This document shows positions 9,801 to 18,315 of a stretch of DNA of 30,597 nucleotides, in pieces; the stretch's first letter is position 1, and the number at the start of each line of letters is the position of its first letter. The DNA is from a virus. Its lineage: Duplodnaviria; Caudoviricetes. A program made the translations under genes and the position numbers. The stretch spans positions 1 through 30,597 of the IMG/VR virus record IMGVR_UViG_3300020471_000032. The stretch is one strand, 5' to 3'. Below the pieces are notes generated by a model. The model was not told where the DNA came from. It made no database searches and saw only the letters and a program-made list of their open reading frames with translations.

Positions 9801-12800
9801 GATTACTAAATTCTTCAATCATTCTTTGTTCAGTTCTTTCTTGTACACGATCTTCTATTGGTTGCATTTCTAATAATGCATCTACCATATCTGTTGCTGT
9901 TTTAAATCCAAACATTTCTGATATAAGTTTTACGTCTACACCCTTTTTAGTAGCCATACGTTTTTGTGTTAATTCTTTTATTTCAGACTTCATATCATAA
10001 AATGGTATTAATTTACTAAGACTTTCTATAGATAATTTATGGCCTGTTTTAACTTTTACAATTTTGCCTTTTTCATTTACAGTTTCGCCACGTTTCAAAT
10101 ATGCAGCTAATTTATATATTTTTTCTTGTTTAACTTTTTCTTGTTCTTCTGCTTCTACTTTTTTATATAATTTTTTGGTATCTTTTTGGTATTTTTTTAA
10201 TAATCCTTGTCTTGAATTATTTAGCCAACGCACTTGTCTCATGCTATCTTGTGTCATTATTTCTAGTGATTCTTCTTCTGCTTCTTTAAGTGCTGCTGTA
10301 TATTCTGCCCATTGCTCATTGTTCATACCACTAGTTTCTTGTGTTTCAAACATTGCTCTCATATCGTATATATCGTTTGCTTGTATTATTTGCTCATCAC
10401 TAGCTAACATACGATCCATAACGCTTCTAACCTCATCAGTTAACATAGGTAAATCTTGACCAGTTTCTTGTCTATACAAATCATTAATTCTTCCTCTTAC
10501 ATCTTCGTAAACTTTCTTTATGTAATAACTAAATCTTTGAAACAATTTACGTAAACCAGTACTTGGTGCTTTATTTTCGTGTAAATAAATTTCGTAATTG
10601 TATGCAAATTGTTCGTGATATTTACGTTTTTGTTCTAAATCAAATGTTTTCCATGTTTCTATATCTTTGACACCCCAAAAATCTAATAATGTATCAAAAT
10701 CACTAATTAAAGTTGATGGGGCATTTTCTCCTGTAACTATATTTTCTAAAACAGTTAACATATAATGTGCTGTTTCATGTGCAAAAGTAGAAAAATCTGC
10801 TTCCTTAGTTAATAATGTCGTTAACGTTCTTGGATTAAAACGACCTCTAGGCCCTTGTGGTATTTGATTTTGTGAAAATAATTTACTTTGTTCTGCAAGA
10901 TCTATTACGTCTACTCGAATAGAACCTCTAGGTCTTCCAACTGAGAGTCTGTAATCTCTTCGTCCGTTTGGGAATTCATCATCGAGACTAAGTCTAGAAG
11001 GGTCGACTCTGAGTCCAACTGAGGTATCACCATAGCCAGTATCTGCGATAGCTCTGGTGGTAACGTAGACATCAGGTTCTCCAAGGCTTCTAAGTTCACT
11101 GGACTCTCTGATTGATTTGGCTGCTTGTTTGTTGGTGTGGTGGTAGACAGTAACGGTTCCGTCTGGGTTAAGAGGGAGTCCTGTTCGCTCGTCAATGTTT
11201 GTGCTGTCTGCTCCTTGTTGTTGGAAAGTATTAGCTCCTCGTAAGCTTCCTGTTCCTCCAACATCTCGTTGTGTTCCTGTTGTTCTGTTAGCTGCCTGAC
11301 GTTGGAGTTCATCGTTAACTTCCTTTAGTTTAATTTGGATGTCAGCTTCTGACACGCCTAGTTCTACTGCCATTTTAGCAGAAGCATTAGCGTAGTCAGG
11401 AGCTTCGCTTTCTTCGTATCCTCTTATTATTTCGTCTGTATCTAATTTTGCAGTGTCATACAGACGTTTTTCTGGATACCAAAGCAATGCTTGTAGGTCT
11501 GCCATTGTAAGATCTTTGTACTCTTGTTGCAATATGCTCAACACTTGTTCAAAGACTTTTGTAATATTTCTTCTCTCTGGAGCACCGCTTGGTGTTTCTT
11601 TTTGACCATCTAAAAATTTAGCTAAAGCATTACCACCTTTACGTATTTCGCTTCCTAAACCTACTCTTGGTGTTCCTTTTCTAGGGTTGCCTAGTACATC
11701 TTGTAATAGCTGTGCATTCTTAGGATTAGTAACTAAACCTATAGCGTTCATAAGATCTCTATTGTTTTCTGACGTACTAGCTTTTTGTATTGCAACAGCT
11801 ACCTCATCAAGATTAGATAGTCTTACTTTTGTTTTTATTATTTCTTCTAATGCTCTTTTTTCTTTTAAAGTTAAACCTTTAATTATAGATTTTAATTGTC
11901 CACGTTTTACTTTTGCTTGCTTTGTGTAATCAAGAACTAATGTTCCTGTCATTCTGCCCCATGAACGTATTAACCATCTATCCATAGTTAACTGTTCATA
12001 ATGACCTTTTAGATTTGCATAAAAACCATTACCAATTTTTGGCCCCATTATTGCAGCACCATATGCTGTATCACTTTTGTTTAAACCAGTTACTGTAGAG
12101 CCTGTGTAATCTTCTATGTCCTTTACTAAATGTGTGCTTCCTAAATATTGCTCTAATGCTTCAAATCCTTTTTCTCTAATTAATTTATTAAACATTTTAA
12201 AATTACGGTTTATAGCTTTCTTTGCATCGCCTTCACCAATAGTTTTTTCAGGAAATGTGCCAAAGGGATTATCTTCTGTACGTGATTCTTGCCAAGCAGT
12301 ATATGCAGTTTCTGCTAATTGCAAGTTTCTATCAACCTTAATCATGTTAGATGTATTCGCTAACGCATAGACAAATGCAAAATTAGCAACTGGATCTGTT
12401 TCTAGCTCTGGATGTATAAGAGACAAAATACCTTTAGCTTTTGCCAATGTTGTGTCGTACCAACCAATAGCATTGTCATTATTCTCTAGTGCATATCTTG
12501 CGTCTGCTAATGCAGTGTTGACTAAATATTTTTCTACTTCTGCTGTAAATACTGAGACATCTACGCCTGCCTTTTTTGCTTCGTCTTTTACTCGTTGTTG
12601 CAAAGCTAATTTAAAATCACGGTTAGTCTCAAATGTGTTTTTGCCTGCAAAATCAAAACTCTCAATTAAATTAGCAATTTCTTTTACAGTTTCTGGAACA
12701 ACCTTGCCTTGTTTTTGTGTACCTTGTTGTTCAAAAAATTCGTTTTCTAATTCTACTTGTTGTTGTTCGTATAAATTATCTAGCTCTCTAGACCAGTTCC

Positions 12801-15312
12801 CTTGGTTGTCAACTGACTTAACTGCGTTAGTGTCAAATACAACTATTTCTCTACCATCTAATACCTCCATTATTGCACCGTCATAACCTTCACGAATTAA
12901 TTTATCTCTAAAAGCAGCAGACGCAGCTGCTCCTCCTCTTTTAATAATGTTTTTATCCTCTGCGGTTGCTAGATAAGGATTTTCTAAACGTACATATAAA
13001 GGCATTACTTTTTTATCTTCCGCAGGTGCTTTAGTTTTTACTTTTTTATTTGTTGCATATGTCTGTGCCAACTCTTCTCTATCTGTTAAATAAATGCCTT
13101 TACCTAAAAACCCATTGTCATATTTATTTGGGTGGTCAAGATCAAACTGATCAAAACTATCAGTAGTGCCATGATATACAACCATTGGAGTTCCATCAGG
13201 ATTTTTTATTATTGACTTGCCAAACCAATTTTTAAAAAATTCAGTTTCTGTTTTAATAGTTCCGTCTTGATTAAATAATTGTGATCCAAACTGACTATCT
13301 TTTTTATCAAATTTAATATTATAAAAATGTTGATTTATAAATTCTTTTGGTGTTTGACCTGTAAGTTTAGAGTATGCACCTGCAAATGCAGAAGGCAACC
13401 CTGCTAAAAATCTATTGTCGTTTTCAGTAAATTTTGTATTTAAAACTTTTAATTGTGCAGCTATTTGTCTTTTTATTTGTTTTTCTTCTTTAGCTGCTTG
13501 TTCCATTCTATTTTTTTGCTCATTCATTATTGTGACAACTTTGTCTAATGCTTCTTGTTTGTTTTTAAGTTGTGATGCCGAATAATCAGTAAGGCTTAAA
13601 CTGTCTGCACCTAGACGTAAGTGTGGTTGTAATGATTTATCAAATTCAGTACCTGCAATGTTTGCTGCATAATCACCAGTTTTAATTTTTATATCTTTAC
13701 CTACTAATCCTTCTTTTTTTATATCTTTTATTTGTTTACTAATATCAGGGCTAAATAATTCTAATTGTTGTTCAGTAATTAAATTCTTATCTAATTGGTT
13801 TAAAAATTCACCAGCATCAATATAAAAATCATCTACACCTTCACTGTCTGAAATTTGTTGTATGTAATTTTGAAACACAGTTGCATTTCTTTTTTTAGTT
13901 TTATCATTTGCAGAAACTTGGCTTAATTTTTCTATAAAAGCAACGTCACTTTTTGCTTGATTTACTTTGTTTACTTCATTTACATAGCTACCGCCACTAC
14001 CTACTAGTCCAAACAAAACCATGCCTTTCATAGTTTGTGTCATTGTAGACCAAACTCTATCGCCTATTTGTTCTGGTGTAAGTGTATTTATATCTTCTTG
14101 ACTTAAATTAGATAAAACGTTTACACCTGCAATAGATACTAATTCTTGTAATACTTCCGTTCCTGTTTCAGAACCTATATTTGTAACGTAATTACCACCT
14201 AATGCTTTTAATGCACCTAGCTGCGTTGCCTTTTGTGCATTTTTGCTCATTGCTTGCACAGTTACTCGTCTTAATATTCTTTTGTTAAATTGATTAATTG
14301 CTACGTCTTTTGCTCCTTTATAAACCTTGCCTAACAAAGCTAAATTAACTCTTTCAAGAGCACCATTAACAACTCCAACTATTTGTGCTCTAGTCTGTGC
14401 TTCATCTTTTGTATAACCCCTATCTAACAATTCAAGGTACGCATGACCTTCTTCTACTTGTACTGTATCTAATGCAAGTTTGTTTGTAAAAGCACCCCAG
14501 CCAGAAAGGCCACCCAAAACACCACCAATAACTGAACCTTTTGGGCCACCTGCTGAACCTACTGTTGCTCCAAGTTTTGCTCGTATTTTAGCCGTAGCTA
14601 ATCCAGTAAGTGCTGCTTGCGGTACAGACGCACCATATTGACCAATATAATATGTAGCTGCTTCTATAAAATTTTCACCATCTGCGTCCATTCGTGCAAT
14701 TTCTTCATCAATTTCTTTAATCCTGTCAAAAATTTCTTGATCTGTTTTACTTAAATTTAAAAAATCACCTTGAGTTGCAGTACTTAAAACTCTAGGTATA
14801 TCAATAGGGCCTAAACTAGATTTTAATTGTGAACCTAATTTACCTTTTTCGTTGCTTAATATTCCTTTTCTAGTGCCTTGATACGCACCTTTTAAACCTA
14901 CAGTGCTATATAGTTTTTCAAAAAAACCTAAATTTTCAATATTATCGTGTGCTATTTGTGCAAAACTAGGATTACGCAATCGTTCTCCTAATATAGGATT
15001 TACAAGAGATAATCTACGTTGATCTATTAATTGTTGTTTTTTTCTTTCTTCTAAAAATTTTAAAGATTTTTCGGGATCTAATGCCATGCCATCAGGCAAG
15101 CCTAATTCTGCAACTAATTTTTGTGCTTTACCTGCCTTGTCAGGATCAGTACTAGACGCAGCTTTAATTTGTGCTTTTATAAATTCATCTTTTTTTTCTT
15201 GTTCTTCACGATAATAGTCACTAAATGGATTAAAATTTGGATCAAATTCTGTACCATAATCTAGGTTTGTTGAGTTGTCTACAAGCTGATCAAAAGGGTT
15301 TGATGAAGTCAT
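6853..15312 (-). CDS. Giant internal virion/ejection protein; polyvalent protein with LPD22-like N-terminus, two ART-like domains, an HhH glycosylase-like domain and a zincin motif
   Basis: 2819 aa at the T7 gp16-equivalent position. Motifs: FKNWFG..VVYHGT..GIYLT..GYDG..EIVVF..VKS; GWYD..GPKIGNGFYANL..TMDRW..LQALLW; VTVYHHT..VYVTT..DDEFP; FAHETAH..HEQFA. Confidence 0.85.
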   Translation of the reverse strand: MTSSNPFDQLVDNSTNLDYGTEFDPNFNPFSDYYREEQEKKDEFIKAQIKAASSTDPDKAGKAQKLVAELGLPDGMALDPEKSLKFLEERKKQQLIDQRRLSLVNPILGERLRNPSFAQIAHDNIENLGFFEKLYSTVGLKGAYQGTRKGILSNEKGKLGSQLKSSLGPIDIPRVLSTATQGDFLNLSKTDQEIFDRIKEIDEEIARMDADGENFIEAATYYIGQYGASVPQAALTGLATAKIRAKLGATVGSAGGPKGSVIGGVLGGLSGWGAFTNKLALDTVQVEEGHAYLELLDRGYTKDEAQTRAQIVGVVNGALERVNLALLGKVYKGAKDVAINQFNKRILRRVTVQAMSKNAQKATQLGALKALGGNYVTNIGSETGTEVLQELVSIAGVNVLSNLSQEDINTLTPEQIGDRVWSTMTQTMKGMVLFGLVGSGGSYVNEVNKVNQAKSDVAFIEKLSQVSANDKTKKRNATVFQNYIQQISDSEGVDDFYIDAGEFLNQLDKNLITEQQLELFSPDISKQIKDIKKEGLVGKDIKIKTGDYAANIAGTEFDKSLQPHLRLGADSLSLTDYSASQLKNKQEALDKVVTIMNEQKNRMEQAAKEEKQIKRQIAAQLKVLNTKFTENDNRFLAGLPSAFAGAYSKLTGQTPKEFINQHFYNIKFDKKDSQFGSQLFNQDGTIKTETEFFKNWFGKSIIKNPDGTPMVVYHGTTDSFDQFDLDHPNKYDNGFLGKGIYLTDREELAQTYATNKKVKTKAPAEDKKVMPLYVRLENPYLATAEDKNIIKRGGAAASAAFRDKLIREGYDGAIMEVLDGREIVVFDTNAVKSVDNQGNWSRELDNLYEQQQVELENEFFEQQGTQKQGKVVPETVKEIANLIESFDFAGKNTFETNRDFKLALQQRVKDEAKKAGVDVSVFTAEVEKYLVNTALADARYALENNDNAIGWYDTTLAKAKGILSLIHPELETDPVANFAFVYALANTSNMIKVDRNLQLAETAYTAWQESRTEDNPFGTFPEKTIGEGDAKKAINRNFKMFNKLIREKGFEALEQYLGSTHLVKDIEDYTGSTVTGLNKSDTAYGAAIMGPKIGNGFYANLKGHYEQLTMDRWLIRSWGRMTGTLVLDYTKQAKVKRGQLKSIIKGLTLKEKRALEEIIKTKVRLSNLDEVAVAIQKASTSENNRDLMNAIGLVTNPKNAQLLQDVLGNPRKGTPRVGLGSEIRKGGNALAKFLDGQKETPSGAPERRNITKVFEQVLSILQQEYKDLTMADLQALLWYPEKRLYDTAKLDTDEIIRGYEESEAPDYANASAKMAVELGVSEADIQIKLKEVNDELQRQAANRTTGTQRDVGGTGSLRGANTFQQQGADSTNIDERTGLPLNPDGTVTVYHHTNKQAAKSIRESSELRSLGEPDVYVTTRAIADTGYGDTSVGLRVDPSRLSLDDEFPNGRRDYRLSVGRPRGSIRVDVIDLAEQSKLFSQNQIPQGPRGRFNPRTLTTLLTKEADFSTFAHETAHYMLTVLENIVTGENAPSTLISDFDTLLDFWGVKDIETWKTFDLEQKRKYHEQFAYNYEIYLHENKAPSTGLRKLFQRFSYYIKKVYEDVRGRINDLYRQETGQDLPMLTDEVRSVMDRMLASDEQIIQANDIYDMRAMFETQETSGMNNEQWAEYTAALKEAEEESLEIMTQDSMRQVRWLNNSRQGLLKKYQKDTKKLYKKVEAEEQEKVKQEKIYKLAAYLKRGETVNEKGKIVKVKTGHKLSIESLSKLIPFYDMKSEIKELTQKRMATKKGVDVKLISEMFGFKTATDMVDALLEMQPIEDRVQERTEQRMIEEFSNLLDPRQQELKVQEAIHNEARARFISAELRFLSKSMQPVRLQLAAAKQVAEDILAKKKLSEIRPTEFARAEARALKAAEAAMKKGDSQAALEAKRSQLLNNQLAKTAIDIQKRYDAAKSFFVTKLFKKSDSKIANTRNTDLVNAARAIMSSYGVGPVIENPNDFTKKLETYDPQLYAEIEPIILDLQASNNQKSLTDLSTEDFDYVYEMVQSLWHQSLRDEQVRMLGKLQSVEEAATPLIDNMKEKINKSPRLKERQENPPGARKAIGFKYQIYKMMLGFKAKLRRMEHWVDGMDGADQVKEGSVGTTVLELKGGKLGKFYNTLWFPMKDALTKYREQQLIFTKEYSDLIAQVDFGNDSIFSGELNYDFGTNSNARGKVELLGAMLHTGNKSNLRKLLLGRKWGELNEDGSLNTTRWDTFVERMINEGHLTENDYVFLQAVWDLNEKMKPLLQKAHKETEGYYFKEVEATPITNRFGTYRGGYVPAKTDPLMVDQPVDQAIETTKLQFKNSLPSAPKGMTKSRVENYAAPLSLHLGYMTKHIDDSLRFAYVQPVLKDTLKILKHKDFEKTLEVIDPTVMKEMILPWLQTAANQTTFTPSGLDPNIDKLLVAQRRRAGIGIMFANISNAIQQYTGIFPANLKVKGKYLNGALVAYTKDRQGIQEMIAGASPFMEDRQRNQMFDIQGRLNELIIDPNQFQKFKDWSTKHAYFLQQTFQNQVDAVVWLGTFNQVHAELGSELTNEEVLDEAIKQADANVRLTQDSLLPEDRAAFQNSTPIVQAITQFTGYFNTMANLNATQFKKLIQDDIGFKNKSQQGAQMLYTYIYSVFMPAVVAGLIARSLGGNLNDDDDDGYLDDVAEAVFGDVLKYKVAFIPIVGQAAIIPINALNDLPYDDTITSSPSFQAIEQGLGGTARLLETLVKGEEITGRQIRDISSMLTQTFGVPITPFGKSAGYLRDVQRGEIVPDNPIDFIRGLITGKRGRR
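10911..11312 (-). CDS. Putative nested (+1 frame) acidic protein overprinted on the second ART-like domain
   Basis: 133 codons; AAGGAAG 6 nt before the ATG; local GC about 48% against about 20-35% in sampled flanking lines; host-frame codons avoid creating +1-frame stops. Confidence 0.55.
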   Translation of the reverse strand: MNSNVRQLTEQQEHNEMLEEQEAYEELILSNNKEQTAQTLTSEQDSLLTQTEPLLSTTTPTNKQPNQSESPVNLEALENLMSTLPPELSQILAMVIPQLDSESTLLDLVSMMNSQTDEEITDSQLEDLEVLFE

Positions 15313-15314
15313 TT

Positions 15315-17693
15315 TTAACCTGCCATTAATCCATAAATTTTTGTTGCTTTAATATTTTTATCAGCTTCATTTAATGTCATAGGTTTGCCAAACTTAACCC
15401 ATTCTTTAGCAATTTCTAGTTGCGACATAGGTAAACCACGTTGGTATAACGATCCTTGTATTGCTGTTAAAACTTTAGTTGGTATTTGATTACCATATAT
15501 TCTTGTAGTTGTTAATTTACCGTTTACAACTTCTTGTACATTAACGTATGTATCATCTAAATTATCACGGTCAACACCGCTATATAACTTACCTTTTTCA
15601 TCATATAAAAAATTTCTATTATCAATATTAACTTTGTCTGAAATAACATTATATACAAAATTTGCTTTTTCTTCTCGTGTCAATTTTTTTCCTGATATTC
15701 TTTGTGCATAATCTATTCTGTTTTCTACTTCAGCAAAAATAGCATTATATTTTTTTGCTTGAACAAGATTGTTTTTTCCTTTACCAAACACAATATCTTC
15801 AAAACCATTTTTTGCTAATATATCTTTAAATAATTGTGTATCCATAGTTGCTTCAAGTATTTTTCCTTCGCCACCATTTGCTATATTTTCTCCTTTTATT
15901 TTTAATTTTCTAAAATGTTCTTTTGACAATAAATGTCTGTATTTATTTATATTTTCTGGAAGTATTTCTTTAACATCGTTAGAAAGATTAGTGTATGTAT
16001 CTGTATCTGATTCTTCTGGATGTCCATTTTTTAATATTTGCTTATCTTCTCTTGTAAATTTTTCAAATGTTTCTGCTTTAATTTTTGTCCAACCACCTTC
16101 TTCTGCAAATGCTTTTTCTTTAGCTAGGTCTAAAGCTTCATCATAATTTGTTTCTGCAAAAACTTTACGTTCATTATGTATACTTTTTAAATTAGTTTCT
16201 ACATATTCTAGAACAGTTTTGTCTTGTATATTATCTCTAGCACGAGTTAATGCATCTTCTAAATTAAATACACCAAGTTCATCTACACGAATTTGTGGTT
16301 GCTGTGTGTCTGCATATTTGTAATCTATTTTTGATACTACAAAATTTAAATCTTTATTTGCTATATCTAATTCATTACCTACTCCATATTTTTTAGTTAA
16401 TTCAACTTTACCTATTGCCATTGTTTTTTCTATTAATTTTGTATTTACTTCTGCTGCATAAGCATTATCAATTTTCATTCTTTCTTTGTCTATAACAAAA
16501 CCATCTTCTTTTAATAACGTAGTAGCTTTTGTAAATATCTTATCTGCTTCTTCTACACCTAATTCTTTTGTTAAAAATAAATGAGTTGTACGGTGTTCTG
16601 GCGGTAAAAAAACAGTAGCATCTGCTCTGTAAAATTTAGATGTATTCTGTAAATTTTCTAAATTTTTATGTGTAATTTCTTTTCCATTTCCTTCTTGGTA
16701 TGGTAAACCATTTTTATTATTTACATTATTACTACTCTCTAATGACATAATAAAATTTATCGAACTTGTAGCACCCCCATCATTAGAATTTAAATCTTTT
16801 GAACTAATAATACTTTCAACAATATCATCACCATTCTCTTTTTTTATTGCCGTAGTAACTGTTTTTATATGTTTATTAAGTTGAGCACTTGATATTGTAC
16901 CGTTTTTTTCATTCCAATCTAAATAGTCTTTTACTTTGCGATATTCATTACCCTGCATTAATTTGTTTATTGCACTGTCATGTACATCGTTTAAAAAACC
17001 ATTTCTTAAATTAATATATGATTCGCTATTTATTTCACTACCATTAGAATCACCTATAAAAGTTACACCTTTTGCGTCAAGGTAATTTTTAATTTTTACG
17101 TCTAATGCAAGTAAATTTTTAACATATTCACTGTCTTGACCTAAATTAAAATCATCAACAGATAATGCAGCTTCTATAGCTGTATTATTAATGTCTGCCA
17201 AAGCATTAGTGTTTGCATATTTAGTTTGTTCTGCTAGAGAATGTTTACTCATTCTATTTGTTGAAGAATATAATGATGCTGCTGTTTTTTCGTTATATAT
17301 TGCTAATTGATTTTTATTTTCTGCCTTTTCAGCTATTTCTTCTTTTAATGCATTTAGGTCGTTAACTTTTTGATCATATGCAAAAATTGGTTTTCCATCA
17401 TCACCAGTACCTACTTGAGCAACAGCGTTTCCTTGCTCTAAAGCTAAATAAGAATTTTCTATCTCTAATGCTCTTGTTTGATATTCGTTACTTAACTCTT
17501 TTGATTTTGCATCATCTTTTTCTAATTGAATAGTTTTTGCTATTTGTGCAAATTGATTAAATGCTTGACTAGATTTTTGTATATCATCAGTAACTACATC
17601 GTCCATAGGACGTACATTTGTAGCACTCATTTGTGGTGCTGACCCAACTCTAAGTTGTTCTGACGGTGTGTTTTGAAAAGGTACTGTAGCCAT
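15315..17693 (-). CDS. Internal virion/ejection protein (T7 gp15-equivalent position)
   Basis: 792-aa, predominantly helical composition, MATVP start, between the small and giant internal proteins; call rests on synteny. Confidence 0.7.
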   Translation of the reverse strand: MATVPFQNTPSEQLRVGSAPQMSATNVRPMDDVVTDDIQKSSQAFNQFAQIAKTIQLEKDDAKSKELSNEYQTRALEIENSYLALEQGNAVAQVGTGDDGKPIFAYDQKVNDLNALKEEIAEKAENKNQLAIYNEKTAASLYSSTNRMSKHSLAEQTKYANTNALADINNTAIEAALSVDDFNLGQDSEYVKNLLALDVKIKNYLDAKGVTFIGDSNGSEINSESYINLRNGFLNDVHDSAINKLMQGNEYRKVKDYLDWNEKNGTISSAQLNKHIKTVTTAIKKENGDDIVESIISSKDLNSNDGGATSSINFIMSLESSNNVNNKNGLPYQEGNGKEITHKNLENLQNTSKFYRADATVFLPPEHRTTHLFLTKELGVEEADKIFTKATTLLKEDGFVIDKERMKIDNAYAAEVNTKLIEKTMAIGKVELTKKYGVGNELDIANKDLNFVVSKIDYKYADTQQPQIRVDELGVFNLEDALTRARDNIQDKTVLEYVETNLKSIHNERKVFAETNYDEALDLAKEKAFAEEGGWTKIKAETFEKFTREDKQILKNGHPEESDTDTYTNLSNDVKEILPENINKYRHLLSKEHFRKLKIKGENIANGGEGKILEATMDTQLFKDILAKNGFEDIVFGKGKNNLVQAKKYNAIFAEVENRIDYAQRISGKKLTREEKANFVYNVISDKVNIDNRNFLYDEKGKLYSGVDRDNLDDTYVNVQEVVNGKLTTTRIYGNQIPTKVLTAIQGSLYQRGLPMSQLEIAKEWVKFGKPMTLNEADKNIKATKIYGLMAG

Positions 17694-17695
17694 AA

Positions 17696-18256
17696 TTAAC
17701 CTTCAAAATATTTGTTTTTAGCAATATCACCAATACCAGTTAATAAAGTACTACTCATGTTTAAAAATGGGCTTACTGTAGATGCGTTAGCTAATGCACC
17801 TGCTTGTGATACACCAAGCATTGTTCCTCTAATATCCATATTTACCTTACGCATTCTTGCTTCATTCATTGCCTGTACTTTATTAGTATTCATTGTAATT
17901 TTGTCTATTTCTTTCATAATCTCGTCACTAGCAAAAAGATTTGCTGTACTTCCATAACCTAAACTTCCACCTCGTGCAGCTGCACTTGCTGTAGCTCTAC
18001 CTCTACGTTGACCTGCTGCCATAGTTTTAATCATTATTTGTCTATTCATTGCTTTTCCAACTTGTCTTACTTGCGTGTCTAACATACGGCTATTAATTTT
18101 AGCCATATCTTTTTTATGCTGATAACTAAGAGCCATTGATTTATATTTAAACTTTTCTGTTTCTGCTCCGTAATAATTTGCTGCTATTCCTTGAACAGTT
18201 CCGGCTATAGAAGTTATACCGCCTATTCTATTCCATTTATTTGGATCTGTTGCCAT
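17696..18256 (-). CDS. Small internal virion/ejection protein (T7 gp14-equivalent position)
   Basis: Gly/Ala-rich hydrophobic ends with a central helix and GQRRGRATASAAARGG motif; follows the nozzle gene. Confidence 0.7.
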   Translation of the reverse strand: MATDPNKWNRIGGITSIAGTVQGIAANYYGAETEKFKYKSMALSYQHKKDMAKINSRMLDTQVRQVGKAMNRQIMIKTMAAGQRRGRATASAAARGGSLGYGSTANLFASDEIMKEIDKITMNTNKVQAMNEARMRKVNMDIRGTMLGVSQAGALANASTVSPFLNMSSTLLTGIGDIAKNKYFEG

Positions 18257-18281
18257 AACATCAACAACTACTTATTTTTCT

Positions 18282-18315
18282 AATATACAGACACTATATC
18301 GCCTTACGGTTACAC
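18282..18315 (-). promoter_or_regulatory. Putative phage late promoter (copy upstream of the ejection protein genes)
   Basis: GTGTAACCGTAA-N16-TATATT; the first G overlaps the nozzle stop codon. Confidence 0.7.

Noticed and set aside
8022-12886. Antisense ORFs within the giant gene (8022, 10064, 11687, 12116, 12452)
   Set aside because: Opposite strand, mostly in codon register with the sense gene, with no evident RBS or compositional shift, unlike the same-strand 10911-11312 ORF.
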